Source: Nitrospirales bacterium
Lineage (GTDB): Bacteria > Nitrospirota > Nitrospiria > Nitrospirales > UBA8639
Assembly (NCBI GenBank): GCA_965203295.1
Contig: CBDBCZ010000015.1
Location: 1,088,001 to 1,152,000, forward strand
Length of the DNA stretch: 64,000 bases
Direction of reading: 5' to 3'
In this document: in pieces, positions 9,401-23,500 of the stretch
Numbering within the stretch: position 1 is the stretch's first letter
Layout: every line of letters starts with the position of its first letter
Translations under genes and position numbers: made by a program
The notes under the pieces: model-generated
The model's input: the letters and a program-made list of their open reading frames with translations, nothing else
The model's database searches: none
What the model was told of the DNA's origin: nothing

Positions 9401-12400
9401 TTCCCACCTGTTTAGAAAAAGAACTGGTTATTCAAAGGCTAGTTTAGTTTGAATGATGTTAGTCAAATACAATACATGCCTAGGAAGTATCAATATTCAA
9501 GAAAGGAACTGGTTATTCAAAGGCTTGTTTAGTTTGGTTGATGTTAGTCTGAAGATTAGGAAAGAAGGATTTTATTTAAAATTGTTAGTTTTGTTGGTCT
9601 CTGGCAAAGACTTTAAGCCAAAGTAACAAGCTACCATTGATCTTACCCTTCCCAACTGTTTAGGAAAAGAACTGGTTATGCAAAGGCTTGTTTAGTTTGA
9701 ATGATGTTAGTCAAATACAATACATTCTTAGGAAGAATTTGTTTTTTTTGGTCTCAGGCAAAGACTTTAAGCCAAAGTAACTGGCTACCAATGATCTGAA
9801 CCTTTCCAACTGTTTAGGAAAAGAACTGGTTATTCAAAGGCTTGTTTTGTTTAAATGATGTTAGTAAAATACAATACATGCTTAGGAAGTAATGATGTTC
9901 AAGAAAGGAACTTGTTATTCAAAGGCTTGTTTAGTTTTTGTCTGAAGATTAGGAAAGAAGAATATTATTTTAGCTTTGTTGGTCTCTGGCAAAGACTTTA
10001 AGCCAAGGTAACTAGCTACCTTTATATATCTGACCCTTCCCAACTGTTTAGAAAAAGAACTGGTTATTCAAAGGCTTGTTTAGATTGAATGATATTAGTC
10101 AAATACAATACATGCTAAGGAAGTATCGATGTTCAAAAAATGAACTGGTTATTCAAAAGCTTGTTTAGTTTGGTTGATGTTAGTCTGAAGATTAGGAAAG
10201 AAGGATTTTATTCAAAAATTGTTAATTTAGTTGGTCTCTGGCAAAGATTTTAAGCCAAGGTAACTAGCTACCATTTGTCTGACCCTTCCCAACTGTCTTG
10301 GAAAGGAACTGGTTTAAGATTCAATCATTTGTTTAGTTTAAATGATGTTTGTCAGATACAATACATACATGCTTTGAAAGTAAGGGTTTTCACTAATAAT
10401 GGTACAATTTTAGCTTTATTGGTCTCAGGAAACTTTCAGTCAAAACAACTAGCTACCATTGATCTGACCCTTCCCAACTGTCTAGGAAAGAAATTTTTTA
10501 AAGATTTTATAGCTTGTTTAGTTTGAATGATGTTAGTCGGATACAATACATGCTTAGGAAGTATTGATGTTCAAGACTGGAACTGGTTATTCAAAGGCTT
10601 GTTTAGTTTGGTTGATGTTAGTCTGAAGATTAGGAAAGAAGGATTTCATTGAAAATTGTTAGATTTGTTTGTCTCTGGCAAAGACTTTAAGCCAAAGTCA
10701 CTAGCTACCATTGATCTGACCCTTCCCAACATTTTAGAAAAAGAACTGGTTATTCAAAGGCTTGTTTATTTTGAATGATGTTAGTCAGATACAATACATG
10801 CTTAGGAAGTATCGATGTTCAAGAAAGGAACTGGTTATTCAAAGGCCGGTTTAGTTTGGTTGATGTTAGTCTGAAGATTAGGAAGGAAGGATTTTATTGA
10901 AAATTGTTAGTTTTTTTGGTCTCAAGCAGAGAATTTGAGCCAAAGCAACTAGCTACCATTGATTAGGAAAGAAGGATTTTATTGAAAATTGTTAGTTTTG
11001 TTGGTCTCTAGCAAAGACTTTAAGGCAAAGTAACTAGCTACCATTTATCTGACCCTTCCGAACTGTTTAGAAAAAGAACTGGTTATTCAAAGGCCTGTTT
11101 AGTTTTATTGATTTTAGCCTTAAGATTAGGAAAGAATGATTTTCTTGAAAATTGTTAGTTTTGTTGGTCTCTAGCAAAGACTTTAAGCCAAAGTCACTAG
11201 CTACCATTTATCTGACACTTCCCAACTGTTTAGAAAAAGAACTGGTTATTCAAAGGCTAGTTTAGTTTGAATGATGTTAGTCAAATACAATAATCCTTAG
11301 GAAGTATCGATGTTCAAGAAAGGAACTGGTTATTCTAAGGCTTGTTTAGTTTGCTTGATGTTAGTTTGCAGATTAGAAAAGAAGTATTTTATTGAAAATC
11401 ATTAGTTTTGTTGGTCTCTAGCAATGACTTTAAGCCGAAGTAACTAGCTACCATTGATCTGATTCTTCCCAACTGTTTAGAAAAAGAACTGGTTATTCAA
11501 AGGCTTATTTATTTTGAATGATGTTAGTCAAATACAATACATGCCTAAGAAGTATCGATGTTCAAGAAAGGAACTTGTTATTCAAAGGCTTGTTTAGTTT
11601 TGTTGATGTTTGTCTGAAGATTAGGAAAGAAGGATTTATTGAAAATTGTTAGTTTTGTTGGTCTCTGGCAAAGACTTTAAGCCAAAGTAACAAGCTATCA
11701 TTGATCTGACCCTTCCCAACTGTTAGGAAAAGAATTGGTTATGCAAAGGCTTGTTTAGTTTGAATGATGTTAGTCAGATACAATATATGCTTAGGAAGTA
11801 TCGATGTTCTAGAAAGGAACTGGTTATTCAAAAGCCGGTTTAGTTTGGTTGATGTTAGTCTGAAGATTAGGAAAGAAGAATTTTTCTCAAAAATTGTTTT
11901 TTTTTGTCTCTGGCAAAGACTTTAAGCCAAAGTAACTAGCTACCATTGATCTGACTCTTCCCAACTGTTTAGTAAACGAACTGGTTATTCGAAGGCTAGT
12001 TTAGTTTGAATGATGTTATTCAAATACAATACATCCTTAGGAAGTATCGATGTTCAAGAAAGTAACTGGTTTTTCAAAGGCTTGTTTAGTTTGGTTGATG
12101 TTAGTCTGCAGATTAGGAAAGAAGTATTTTATAGAAAATCGTTAGTTTTGTTGGTCTCTAGCAAAGACTTTGAGCCAAAGTAACTAGCTACCATTGATCT
12201 TACCCTTCCTAACTGTTTAGGAAAAGAACTGGTTATTCAAAGGCTTGTTTAGTTTAAATGATGTTAGTCGGATTCAATACATGCTTAGGAAATATCAATG
12301 TTCAAGAAAGGAACTTGTTATTCAAAGGCTGGTTTAGTTTGAATGATGTTAGTCAGATACAATACATGCTTAGGAAGTATCGATGTTCAAGAAAGGAACT

Positions 12401-15400
12401 GGTTATTCAAAGGCTTGTTTAATTTGGTTGATGTTAACCTGAAGATTAGGAAAGAAGGATTTTATTGAAAATTGTTAGTTTTTGTTGGTCTGAGGCTAAG
12501 ACTTTCAGCCAAAGTAACTGGCTACCATTGATCTGACACTTCCCAACTATTTAGGAAAAGAACCTGTTATTCAAAGGCTTGTTTAGTTTGCTTGATGTTA
12601 GTCTGCAGATTAGGAAAGAAGTATTTTATAGAAAATCGTTAGTTTTGTTGGTCTCTAGCAAAGACTTTGAGCCAAAGTAACTAGCTACCATTGATCTGAC
12701 CCTTCCCAACTGTTTAGAAAAAGAACTGGTTATTCAAAGGCTTGTTTAGTTTGAATGATGTTAGTCGGATACAATACATGCTTAGGAAGTATCAATGTTC
12801 AAGACCGGAACTGGTTATTCAAAGGCTTGTTTAGTTTGGTTGATGTTTGTCTGAAGATTAGGAAAGAAGGATTTCATTGAAAATTGTTAGATTTGTTGGT
12901 CTCTGGCAAAGACTCTAAGCGAAAGTCACTAACTACCATTGATCTGACTCTTCCCAACTGTTTAGAAAAAGAACTGGTTATTCAAAGGCTTGTTTAGTTT
13001 GAATGATGTTAGTCAGATACAATACACGCTTAGGAAGTATCGATGTTCAAGAAAGGAACTTGTTATTCAAGGGCTTGTTTAGTTTCGTTGATGATAGTCT
13101 GAAGATTAGGAAAGAAGGATTTTAATGAAAATTATTAGTTTTGTTCGTCTCTAGCAAAGACTTTAAGCCTAAGTTACTAGCTACCTTTAATCTGACCCTT
13201 CCCAACTGTTTAGAAAAAGAGCTTGTTATTCAAAAGCTTGTTTAGTTTGAATGATGTTAGTCTGAAGCTTAGAAAAGAAGGATTTTATTGAAAATTGATA
13301 GTTTTGTTGGTCTCTAGCAAAGACTTTAAGCCAAAGTAACTAGCTACCATAGATCTGACCCTTTCCAACGGTTCAGGAAAAGAACCTGTTATTCAAAGGC
13401 TTGATTAGTTTTAATTTAAAGTTAGTCGGATACAATACATGTTTAGGAAGTATCGATGTTCAAGAAAGGAACTGGTTATTCAAAGGCTTGTTTAGTTTGG
13501 TTGATGTTAGTCTGAAGATTAGGAAAGAAGAATTTTATTAAAAATGTTAGTTTTGTTGGTCTCAGGCAAAGACTTTCAGCAAAAGTAACTAGCTATCATT
13601 GATCTGACCCTTCCTAACTGTTTAGGAAAAGAACTGGTTATTCAAAGGCTTGTTTAGTTTGAATGATGTTAGTCTGATGATTAAGAAAGAAGGATTTTAT
13701 TGAAAATTGTTAGTTTTGTTGGTCTCAGGCAAAGACTTTCAGCCAAAGTAACTGGCTACCATTTATCTGACCCTTCCCAACTGTTTAGGAAAAGAACTGG
13801 TTGTTCAAAGGCTTGATTAATTTTATTGATGTTAGTCGGACACAATACATGTTTAAAAAGTGTCGATGTTCAAGAAAGGAACTGGTTATTCAAAGGCTTG
13901 TTTAGTTTTGTTGATGTTAGTCTGAAGATTATGAAAGAAGGATTTTATTGAAAATTGTTAGTTTTGTTGGTCTCAGGCAAAGACTTTCAGCAAAAGTAGC
14001 TAGCTACCATTGAACTGACCCTTCCTAACTGTTTAAGAAAAGAACTGGTTATTCAAAGGCTTGTTTAGTTTGAATAATGTTAGTCTGTAGATTAGGAAAG
14101 AAGGATTTTATTGAAAATTGTTAGTTTTGTTTGTCTCTAGCAAAGACTTTAAGCCAAAGTAACTAGCTACCATTTATCTGACCCTTCCCAACTGTTTAGA
14201 AAAAGAACTGGTTATTCAAAGGCCTGTTTAGTTTTGTTGATGTTATTCTGAAGATTAGGAAAGAAGGATTTTATTGAAAATTGTTAGTTTTGTTGGTCTC
14301 TAGCTAAGACTTTAAGCCAAAGTAACTTGCTACCATTTATCTGACCCTTCCTAACTGTTTAGAAAAATAGCTGGTTATTCAAAGGCCTGTTTAGTTTTGT
14401 TGATGTTAGCCTGAAGATTAGGAAAGAAGTATTTTATTGAAAATTGTTAGTTTTTTTGGTCTCAGGCAAAGACTTTCAGCCAAAGTAACAAGCTACCATT
14501 GATCTGACCCTTCCCAACTGTTTTGGAAAAGAACTGGTTATTCAAAGGCTTGTTTAGTTTGGTCAGATACAATACATGTTTAGGAAGTATCGATGTTCAA
14601 GAAAGGAACTGGTTATTCAAAGGCTTGTTTAGTTTAGTTGATTTTAGTCTGAAGATTAGGAAAGGAGGATTTTATTGAAAATTGTTAGTTTTGTTGGTCT
14701 CAGGTAAAGACTTTCAGCCAAAGTATCTAGCTACCATTAATCTGACCCCTCCCAACTGTCTTGGAAAGGAACTGGTTTATGATTCAATCATTTGTTTAGT
14801 TTAAATGATGTTTGTCGGATACAATACATACATGCTTAGAAAGTAAGGGTTTTCACTAATAATTGGTACAATTTTAGCTTTATTGGTCTCAGGAAACTTT
14901 CAGTCAAAACAACTAGCTACCATTGATCTGACCCTTCCCAACTGTCTAGGAAAGAAATTTTTTAAAGATTTTTTAGCTTGTTTAGTTTGAATGATGTTAG
15001 TCGGATACAATACATGCTTAGGAAGTATCGATGTTCAAGACCGGAACTGGTTATTCAAAGGCTTGTTTAGTTTGGTTGATGTTAGTCTGAAGATTAGGAA
15101 AGAAGGATTTCATTGAAAATTGTTAGATTTGTTTGTCTCTGGCAAAGACTTTAAGCCAAAGTCACTAGCTACCATTGATCTGACCCTTCCCAACATTTTA
15201 GAAAAAGAACTGGTTATTCAAAGGCTTGTTTAGTTTGAAATGTTAGTCAGATACAATACACGCTTAGGAAGTATCGATGTTCAAGAAAGGAACTTGTTAT
15301 TCAAGGGCTTGTTTGGTTTCGTTAATGTTAGTCTGAAGATTAGGAAAGAAGGATTTTAATGAAAATTATTAGTTTTGTTGGTCTCTAGCAAAGACTTTAA

Positions 15401-15699
15401 GCGAAAGTTACTAGCTACCTTTAATCTGACCCTTCCCAACTTTTTAGAAAAAGAGCTGGTTATTCAAAAGCTTGTTTAGTTTGAATGATGTTAGTCTGAA
15501 GATTAGAAAAGAAGGATTTTATTGAAAATTGATAGTTTTGTTTGTCTCTAGCAAAGACTTTAAGCCAAAGTAACTAGCTACCATTTATCTGACCCTTCCG
15601 AACTGTTTAGAAAAAGAACTGGTTATTCAAAGGCCCCTTTTAGTTTTGTTGACGTTAGCCTGAAGATTAGGAAAGAAGGATTTTATTGAAAATTGTTAG

Positions 15700-18600
15700 T
15701 TTTGTTGGTCTCTAGCAAAGACTTTAAGCCAAAGTCACTAGCTACCATTGATCTTACCCTTCCCAACTGTTTTGGAAAAGAACTGGTTATTCAAAGGCTT
15801 ATTTAGTTTGAATGATGTTTAGTCATATACAATACATGCTTAGGAAGTATCGATGTTCAAGAAAGGAACTTGTTATTCAAAGGCTTGTTTAGTTTGGTTG
15901 ATGTTAGTCTGCAGATTAGGAAAGAAGGATTTTATAGAAAATTGTTAGTTTTGTTTGTCTCTAGCAAAGACTTTGAGCTACCATTGATCTGATCTTTCCG
16001 AACTATTTAGGAAAAGAACTTGTTATTCAAAGGCTTGTTTAGTTTGAATGATGTTAGTCAGATACAATACATGCTTAGGAAGTATCGATGTTCAAGAAAG
16101 GAACTGGTTATTCAAAGGCTTGTTTAATTTGGTTGATGTTAACCTGAAGATTAGGAAAGAAGGATTTTATTGAAAATTGTTAGTTTTTGTTGGTCTCAGG
16201 CTAAGACTTTCAGCCAAAGTAACTGGCTACCATTGATCTAACACTTCCCAACTATTTAGGAAAAGAACCTGTTATTCAAAGGCTTGTTTAGTTTGCTTGA
16301 TGTTAGTCTGCAGATTAGGAAAGAAGTATTTTATAGAAAAATCGTTAGTTTTGTTGGTCTCTAGCAAAGACTTTGAGCCAAAGTAACTAGCTACCATTGA
16401 TCTGACCCTTCCCAACTGTTTAGAAAAAGAACTGGTTATTCAAAGGCTTGTTTAGTTTGAATGATGTTAGTCGGATACAATACATGCTTAGGAAGTATTG
16501 ATGTTCAAGACCGGAACTGGTTATTCAAAGGCTTGTTTAGTTTGGTTGATGTTTGTCTGAAGATTAGGAAAGAAGGATTTCATTGAAAATTGTTAGATTT
16601 GTTGGTCTCTGGCAAAGACTCTAAGCCAAAGTCACTAACTACCATTGATCTGACTCTTCCCAACTGTTTAGAAAAAGAACTGGTTATTCAAAGGGTTGTT
16701 TTGTTTGAATGATGTTAGTCAGATACAATACACGCTTAGGAAGTATCGATGTTCAAGAAAGGAACTTGTTATTCAAGGGCTTGTTTAGTTTCGTTGATGA
16801 TAGTCTGAAGATTAGGAAAGAAGGATTTTAATGAAAATTATTAGTTTTGTTCGTCTCTAGCAAAGACTTTAAGCCAAAGTTACTAGCTACCTTTAATCTG
16901 ACCCTTCCCAACTGTTTAGAAAAAGAGCTGGTTATTCAAAAGCTTGTTTAGTTTGAATGATGTTAGTCTGAAGCTTAGAAAAGAAGGATTTTATTGAAAA
17001 TTGATAGTTTTGTTGGTCTCTAGCAAAGACTTTAAGCCAAAGTAACTAGCTACCATAGATCTGACCCTTTCCAACGGTTTAGGAAAAGAACCTGTTATTC
17101 AAAGGCTGGATTAGTTTTAATTTAAAGTTAGTCGGATACAATACATGTTTAGGAAGTGTCGATGTTCAAGAAAGGAACTGGTTATTCAAAGGCTTGTTTA
17201 GTTTGGTTGATGTTAGTCTGAAGATTAGGAAAGAAGATTTTATTGAAAATTGTTAGTTTTGTTGGTCTCAGGCAAAGACTTTCAGCAAAAGTAACTAGCT
17301 ACCATTGATCTGACCCTTCCTAACTGTTTAGGAAAAGAACTGGTTATTCAAAGGCTTGTTTAGTTTGAATGATGTTAGTCTGAAGATTAAGAAAGAAGGA
17401 TTTTATTGAAAATTGTTAGTTTTGTTGGTCTCAGGCAAAGACTTTCAGCCAAAGTAACTGGCTACCTTTTATCTGACCCTTCCCAACTGTTTAGGAAAAG
17501 AGCTGGTTATTCAAAGGCTTGATTAGTTTTATTGATGTTAGTCGGATACAATACGTGTTTAAAAAGTGTCGATGTTCAAGAAAGGAACTGGTTATTCAAA
17601 GGCTTGTTTAGTTTTGTTGGTTGTAGTCTGAAGATTAGGAAAGAAGGATTTTATTGAAAATTGTTAGTTTTGTTGGTCTCAGGCAAAGACTTTCAGCAAA
17701 AGTAACTAGCTACCATTGAACTGACCCTTCCTAACTGTTTAGGAAAAGAACTGGTTATTCAAAGCCTTGTTTAGTTTGAATGATGTTAGTCTGTAGATTA
17801 GGAAAGAAGGATTTTATTGAAAATTGTTAGTTTTGTTTGTCTCTAGCAAAGACTTTAAGCCAAAGTAACTAGCTACCATTTATTTGACCCTTCCCAACTG
17901 TTTAGAAAAAGAACTGGTTATTCAAAGGCCTGTTTAGTTTTGTTGATGTTAGCCTGAAGATTAGGAAAGAAGGATTTTATTGAAAATTTTTAGTTTTGTT
18001 GGTCTCTTGCAATGACTTTAATTTAGCCAAAGTTACTAGCTACCATTGATCTGTTCTTTCTGAACTATTTATATAAAGTGCAGGTTATTCAAAGGCTTGT
18101 TTTGTTTGAATGATATTAGTCAGATACAATACATGCTTAGGAAGTATCAATGTTTAAGAAAGGAACTGGTTATTCAAAGGCTTGTTTAATTTGGTTGATG
18201 TTATTCTGAAGATTAGGAAAGAAGGATTTTATTGAAAATTGTTAGTTTTGTTGGTCTCTAGCAAAGACTTTAAGCCAAAGTAACTTGCTACCATTTATCT
18301 GACCCTTCCCAACTGTTTAGAAAAAGAGCTGGTTATTCAAAGGCCTGTTTAGTTTGTTGATGTTATCCTGAAGATTAGGAAAGAAGTATTTTATTGAAAA
18401 TTGTTAGTTTTTTTGGTCTCAGGCAAAGACTTTCAGCCAAAGTAACAGGCTACCATTGATCTGACCCTTCCCAACTGTTTTGGAAAAGAACTGGTTATTC
18501 AAAGGCTTGTTTAGTTTGGTCAGATACAATACATGTTTAGGAAGTATCGATGTTCAAGAAAGGAACTGATTATTCAAAGGCTTGTTTAGTTTAGTTGATT

Positions 18601-21600
18601 TTAGTCTGAAGATTAGGAAAGGAGGATTTTATTGAAAATTGTTAGTTTTGTTGGTCTCAGGTAAAGACTTTCAGCCAAAGTATCTAGCTACCATTGATCT
18701 GACCCCTCCCAACTGTCTTGGAAAGGAACTGGTTTATGATTCAATCATTTGTTTAGTTTAAATGATGTTTGTCGGATACAATACATACATGCTTAGAAAG
18801 TAAGGGTTTTCACTAATAATTGGTACAATTTTAGCTTTATTGGTCTCAGGAATCTTTCAGTCAAAACAACTAGCTACCATTGATCTGACCCTTCCCAACT
18901 GTCTAGGAAAGAAATTTTTTTAAGATTTTACAGCTTGTTTAGTTTGAATTATGTTAGTCGGATACAATACATGCTGAGGAAGTATCGATGTTCAAGACCG
19001 GAACTGGTTATTCAAAGGCTTGTTTAGTTTGGTTGATGTTAGTCTGAAGATTAGGAAAGAAGGATTTCATTGAAAATTGTTAGATTTGTTTGTCTCTGGC
19101 AAAGACTTTAAGCCAAAGTCACTAGCTACCATTGATCTGACCCCTCCCAACATTTTAGAAAAAGAACTGGTTATTCAAAGGCTTGTTTATTTTAAATGAT
19201 GTTAGTCAGATACAATACATGCTTAGGAAGTATCGATGTTCAAGAAAGGAACTGGTTATTCAAAGGCCGGTTTAGTTTGGTTGATGTTAGTCTAAAGATT
19301 AGGAAGGAAGGATTTTATTGAAAATTGTTAGTTTTGTTGGTCTCAAGCAGAGAATTTGAGCCAAAGCAACTAGCTACCATTGATTAGGAAAGAAGGATTT
19401 TATTGAAAATTGTTAGTTTTGTTGGTCTCTAGCAAAGACTTTAAGGCAAAGTAACTAGCTACCATTTATCTGACCCTTCCGAACTGTTTAGAAAAAGAAC
19501 TGGTTATTCAAAGGCCTGTTTAGTTTTGTTGATTTTAGCCTTAAGATTAGGAAAGAATGATTTTCTTGAAAATTGTTAGTTTTGTTGGTCTCTAGCAAAG
19601 ACTTTAAGCCAAAGTCACTAGCTACCATTGATCTTACCCTTCCCAACTGTTTTGGAAAAGAACTGGTTATTCAAAGGCTTATTTAGTTTGAATGATGTTA
19701 GTCATATACAATACATGCTTAGGAAGTATCGATGTTCAAGAAAGGAACTTGTTATTCAAAGGCTTGTTTAGTTTGGTTGATGTTAGTCTGCAGATTAGAA
19801 AGAAGGATTTATAGAAAATTGTTAGTTTTGTTGGTCTCTAGAAAAAGACTTTGAGCTACCATTGATCTGATCTTTCCGAACTATTTAGAAAAAGAACTTG
19901 TTATTCAAAGGCTTGTTTAGTTTGAATGATGTTAGTCAGATACAATACATGCTTAGGAAGTATCGATGTTCAAGAAAGAACTGGTTATTCAAAGGCTTGT
20001 TTAATTTGGTTGATGTTAACCTGAAGATTAGGAAAGAAGGATTTTATTTGAAAATTGTTAGTTTTTGTTGGTCTCAGGCTAAGACTTTCAGCCAAAGTAA
20101 CTGGCTACCATTGATCTAACACTTCCCAACTATTTAGGAAAAGAACCTGTTATTCAAAGGCTTGTTTAGTTTACTTGATGTTAGTCTGCAGATTAGGAAA
20201 AGAAGTATTTTATAGAAAATCGTTAGTTTTGTTGGTCTCTAGCAAAGACTTTGAGCCAAAGTAACTAGCTACCATTGATCTGACCCTTCCCAACTGTTTA
20301 GAAAAAGAACTGGTTATTCAAAGGCTTGTTTAGTTTGAATGATGTTAGTCGGATACAATACATGCTTAGGAAGTATTGATGTTCAATACCGGAACTGGTT
20401 ATTCAAAGGCTTGTTTAGTTTGGTTGATGTTTGTCTGAAGATTAGGAAAGAAGGATTTCATTGAAAATTGTTAGATTTGTTAGTCTCTGGCAAAGACTCT
20501 AAGCCAAAGTCACTAACTACCATTGATCTGACTCTTCCCAACTGTTTAGAAAAAGAACTGGTTATTCAAAGGGTTGTTTTGTTTGAATGATGTTAGTCAG
20601 ATACAATACACGCTTAGGAAGTATCGATGTTCAAGAAAGGAACTTGTTATTCAAGGGCTTGTTTAGTTTCGTTGATGATAGTCTGAAGATTAGGAAAGAA
20701 GGATTTTAATGAAAATTATTAGTTTTGTTCGTCTCTAGCAAAGACTTTAAGCCAAAGTTACTAGCTACCTTTAATCTGACCCTTCCCAACTGTTTAGAAA
20801 AAGAGCTGGTTATTCAAAAGCTTGTTTAGTTTGAATGATGTTAGTCTGAAGCTTAGAAAAGAAGGATTTTATTGAAAATTGATAGTTTTGTTGGTCTCTA
20901 GCAAAGACTTTAAGCCAAAGTAACTAGCTACCATAGATCTGACCCTTTCCAACGGTTTAGGAAAAGAACCTGTTATTCAAAGGCTGGATTAGTTTTAATT
21001 TAAAGTTAGTCGGATACAATACATGTTTAGGAAGTGTCGATGTTCAAGAAAGGAGCTGGTTATTCAAAGGCTTGTTTAGTTTGGTTGATGTTAGTCTGAA
21101 GATTAGGAAAGAAGAATTTTATTTTAAAATTGTTAGTTTTGTTGGTCTCAGGCAAAGACTTTCAGCAAAAGTAACTAGCTACCATTGATCTGACCCTTCC
21201 TAACTGTTTAGTAAAAGAACTGGTTATTCAAAGGCTTGTTTAGTTTGAATGATGTTAGTCTGAAGATTAAGAAAGAAGGATTTTATTGAAAATTGTTAGT
21301 TTTGTTGGTCTCAGGCAAAGACTTTCAGCCAAAGTAACTGGCTACCATTTATCTGACCCTTCCCAACTGTTTAGGAAAAGAGCTGGTTATTCAAAGGCTT
21401 GATTAGTTTTATTGATGTTAGTCGGATACAATACGTGTTTAAAAAGTGTCGATGTTCAAGAAAGGAACTGGTTATTCAAAGGCTTGTTTAGTTTTGTTGG
21501 TGTTAGTCTGAAGATTAGGAAAGAAGGATTTTATTGAAAATTGTTAGTTTTGTTGGTCTCAGGCAAAGACTTTCAGCAAAAGTAACTAGCTACCATTGAA

Positions 21601-23500
21601 CTGACCCTTCCTAACTGTTTAGGAAAAGAACTGGTTATTCAAAGGCTTGTTTAGTTTGAATGATGTTAGTCTGTAGATTAGGAAAGAAGGATTTTATTGA
21701 AAATTGTTAGTTTTGTTTGTCTCTAGCAAAGACTTTAAGCCAAAGTAACTAGCTACCATTTATTTGACCCTTCCCAACTGTTTAGAAAAAGAACTGGTTA
21801 TTCAAAGGCCTGTTTAGTTTTGTTGATGTTAGCCTGAAGATTAGGAAAGAAGGATTTTATTGAAAATTTTTAGTTTTGTTGGTCTCTTGCAATGACTTTA
21901 ATTTAGCCAAAGTTACTAGCTACCATTGATCTGTTCTTTCTGAACTATTTATATAAAGTGCAGGTTATTCAAAGGCTTGTTTTGTTTGAATGATATTAGT
22001 CAGATACAATACATGCTTAGGAAGTATCAATGTTTAAGAAAGGAACTGGTTATTCAAAGGCTTGTTTAATTTGGTTGATGTTATTCTGAAGATTAGGAAA
22101 GAAGGATTTTATTGAAAATTGTTAGTTTTGTTGGTCTCTAGCAAAGACTTTAAGCCAAAGTAACTTGCTACCATTTATCTGACCCTTCCCAACTGTTTAG
22201 AAAAAGAGCTGGTTATTCAAAGGCCTGTTTAGTTTTGTTGATGGTATCCTGAAGATTAGGAAAGAAGTATTTTATTGAAAATTGTTAGTTTTTTTGGTCT
22301 CAGGCAAAGACTTTCAGCCAAAGTAACAGGCTACCATTGATCTGACCCTTCCCAACTGTTTTGGAAAAGAACTGGTTATTCAAAGGCTTGTTTAGTTTGG
22401 TCAGATACAATACATGTTTAGGAAGTATCGATGTTCAAGAAAGGAACTGATTATTCAAAGGCTTGTTTAGTTTAGTTGATTTTAGTCTGAAGATTAGGAA
22501 AGGAGGATTTTATTGAAAATTGTTAGTTTTGTTGGTCTCAGGTAAAGACTTTCAGCCAAAGTATCTAGCTACCATTGATCTGACCCCTCCCAACTGTCTT
22601 GGAAAGGAACTGGTTTATGATTCAATCATTTGTTTAGTTTAAATGATGTTTGTCGGATACAATACATACATGCTTAGAAAGTAAGGGTTTTCACTAATAA
22701 TTGGTACAATTTTAGCTTTATTGGTCTCAGGAATCTTTCAGTCAAAACAACTAGCTACCATTGATCTGACCCTTCCCAACTGTCTAGGAAAGAAATTTTT
22801 TTAAGATTTTACAGCTTGTTTAGTTTGAATTATGTTAGTCGGATACAATACATGCTGAGGAAGTATCGATGTTCAAGACCGGAACTGGTTATTCAAAGGC
22901 TTGTTTAGTTTGGTTGATGTTAGTCTGAAGATTAGGAAAGAAGGATTTCATTGAAAATTGTTAGATTTGTTTGTCTCTGGCAAAGACTTTAAGCCAAAGT
23001 CACTAGCTACCATTGATCTGACCCCTCCCAACATTTTAGAAAAAGAACTGGTTATTCAAAGGCTTGTTTATTTTGAATGATGTTAGTCAGATACAATACA
23101 TGCTTAGGAAGTATCGATGTTCAAGAAAGGAACTGGTTATTCAAAGGCCGGTTTAGTTTGGTTGATGTTAGTCTAAAGATTAGGAAGGAAGGATTTTATT
23201 GAATATTGTTAGTTTTGTTGGTCTCAAGCAGAGAATTTGAGCCAAAGCAACTAGCTACCATTGATTAGGAAAGAAGGATTTTATTGAAAATTGTTAGTTT
23301 TGTTGGTCTCTAGCAAAGACTTTAAGGCAAAGTAACTAGCTACCATTTATCTGACCCTTCCGAACTGTTTAGAAAAAGAACTGGTTATTCAAAGGCCTGT
23401 TTAGTTTTGTTGATTTTAGCCTTAAGATTAGGAAAGAATGATTTTCTTGAAAATTGTTAGTTTTGTTGGTCTCTAGCAAAGACTTTAAGCCAAAGTCACT
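15700..23500 (+). repeat. ~3.88-kb higher-order repeat (2 near-identical copies, plus a related earlier copy from ~12330)
   Basis: Rare variants recur at ~3880 bp: ctgttctttctgaactatttatataaagtgcagg at 18051 and 21931; ccatagatctgaccctttccaacgg at 17053 and 20931 (also 13347); C monomer at 18729 and 22610. Boundaries are approximate. Confidence 0.85.
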
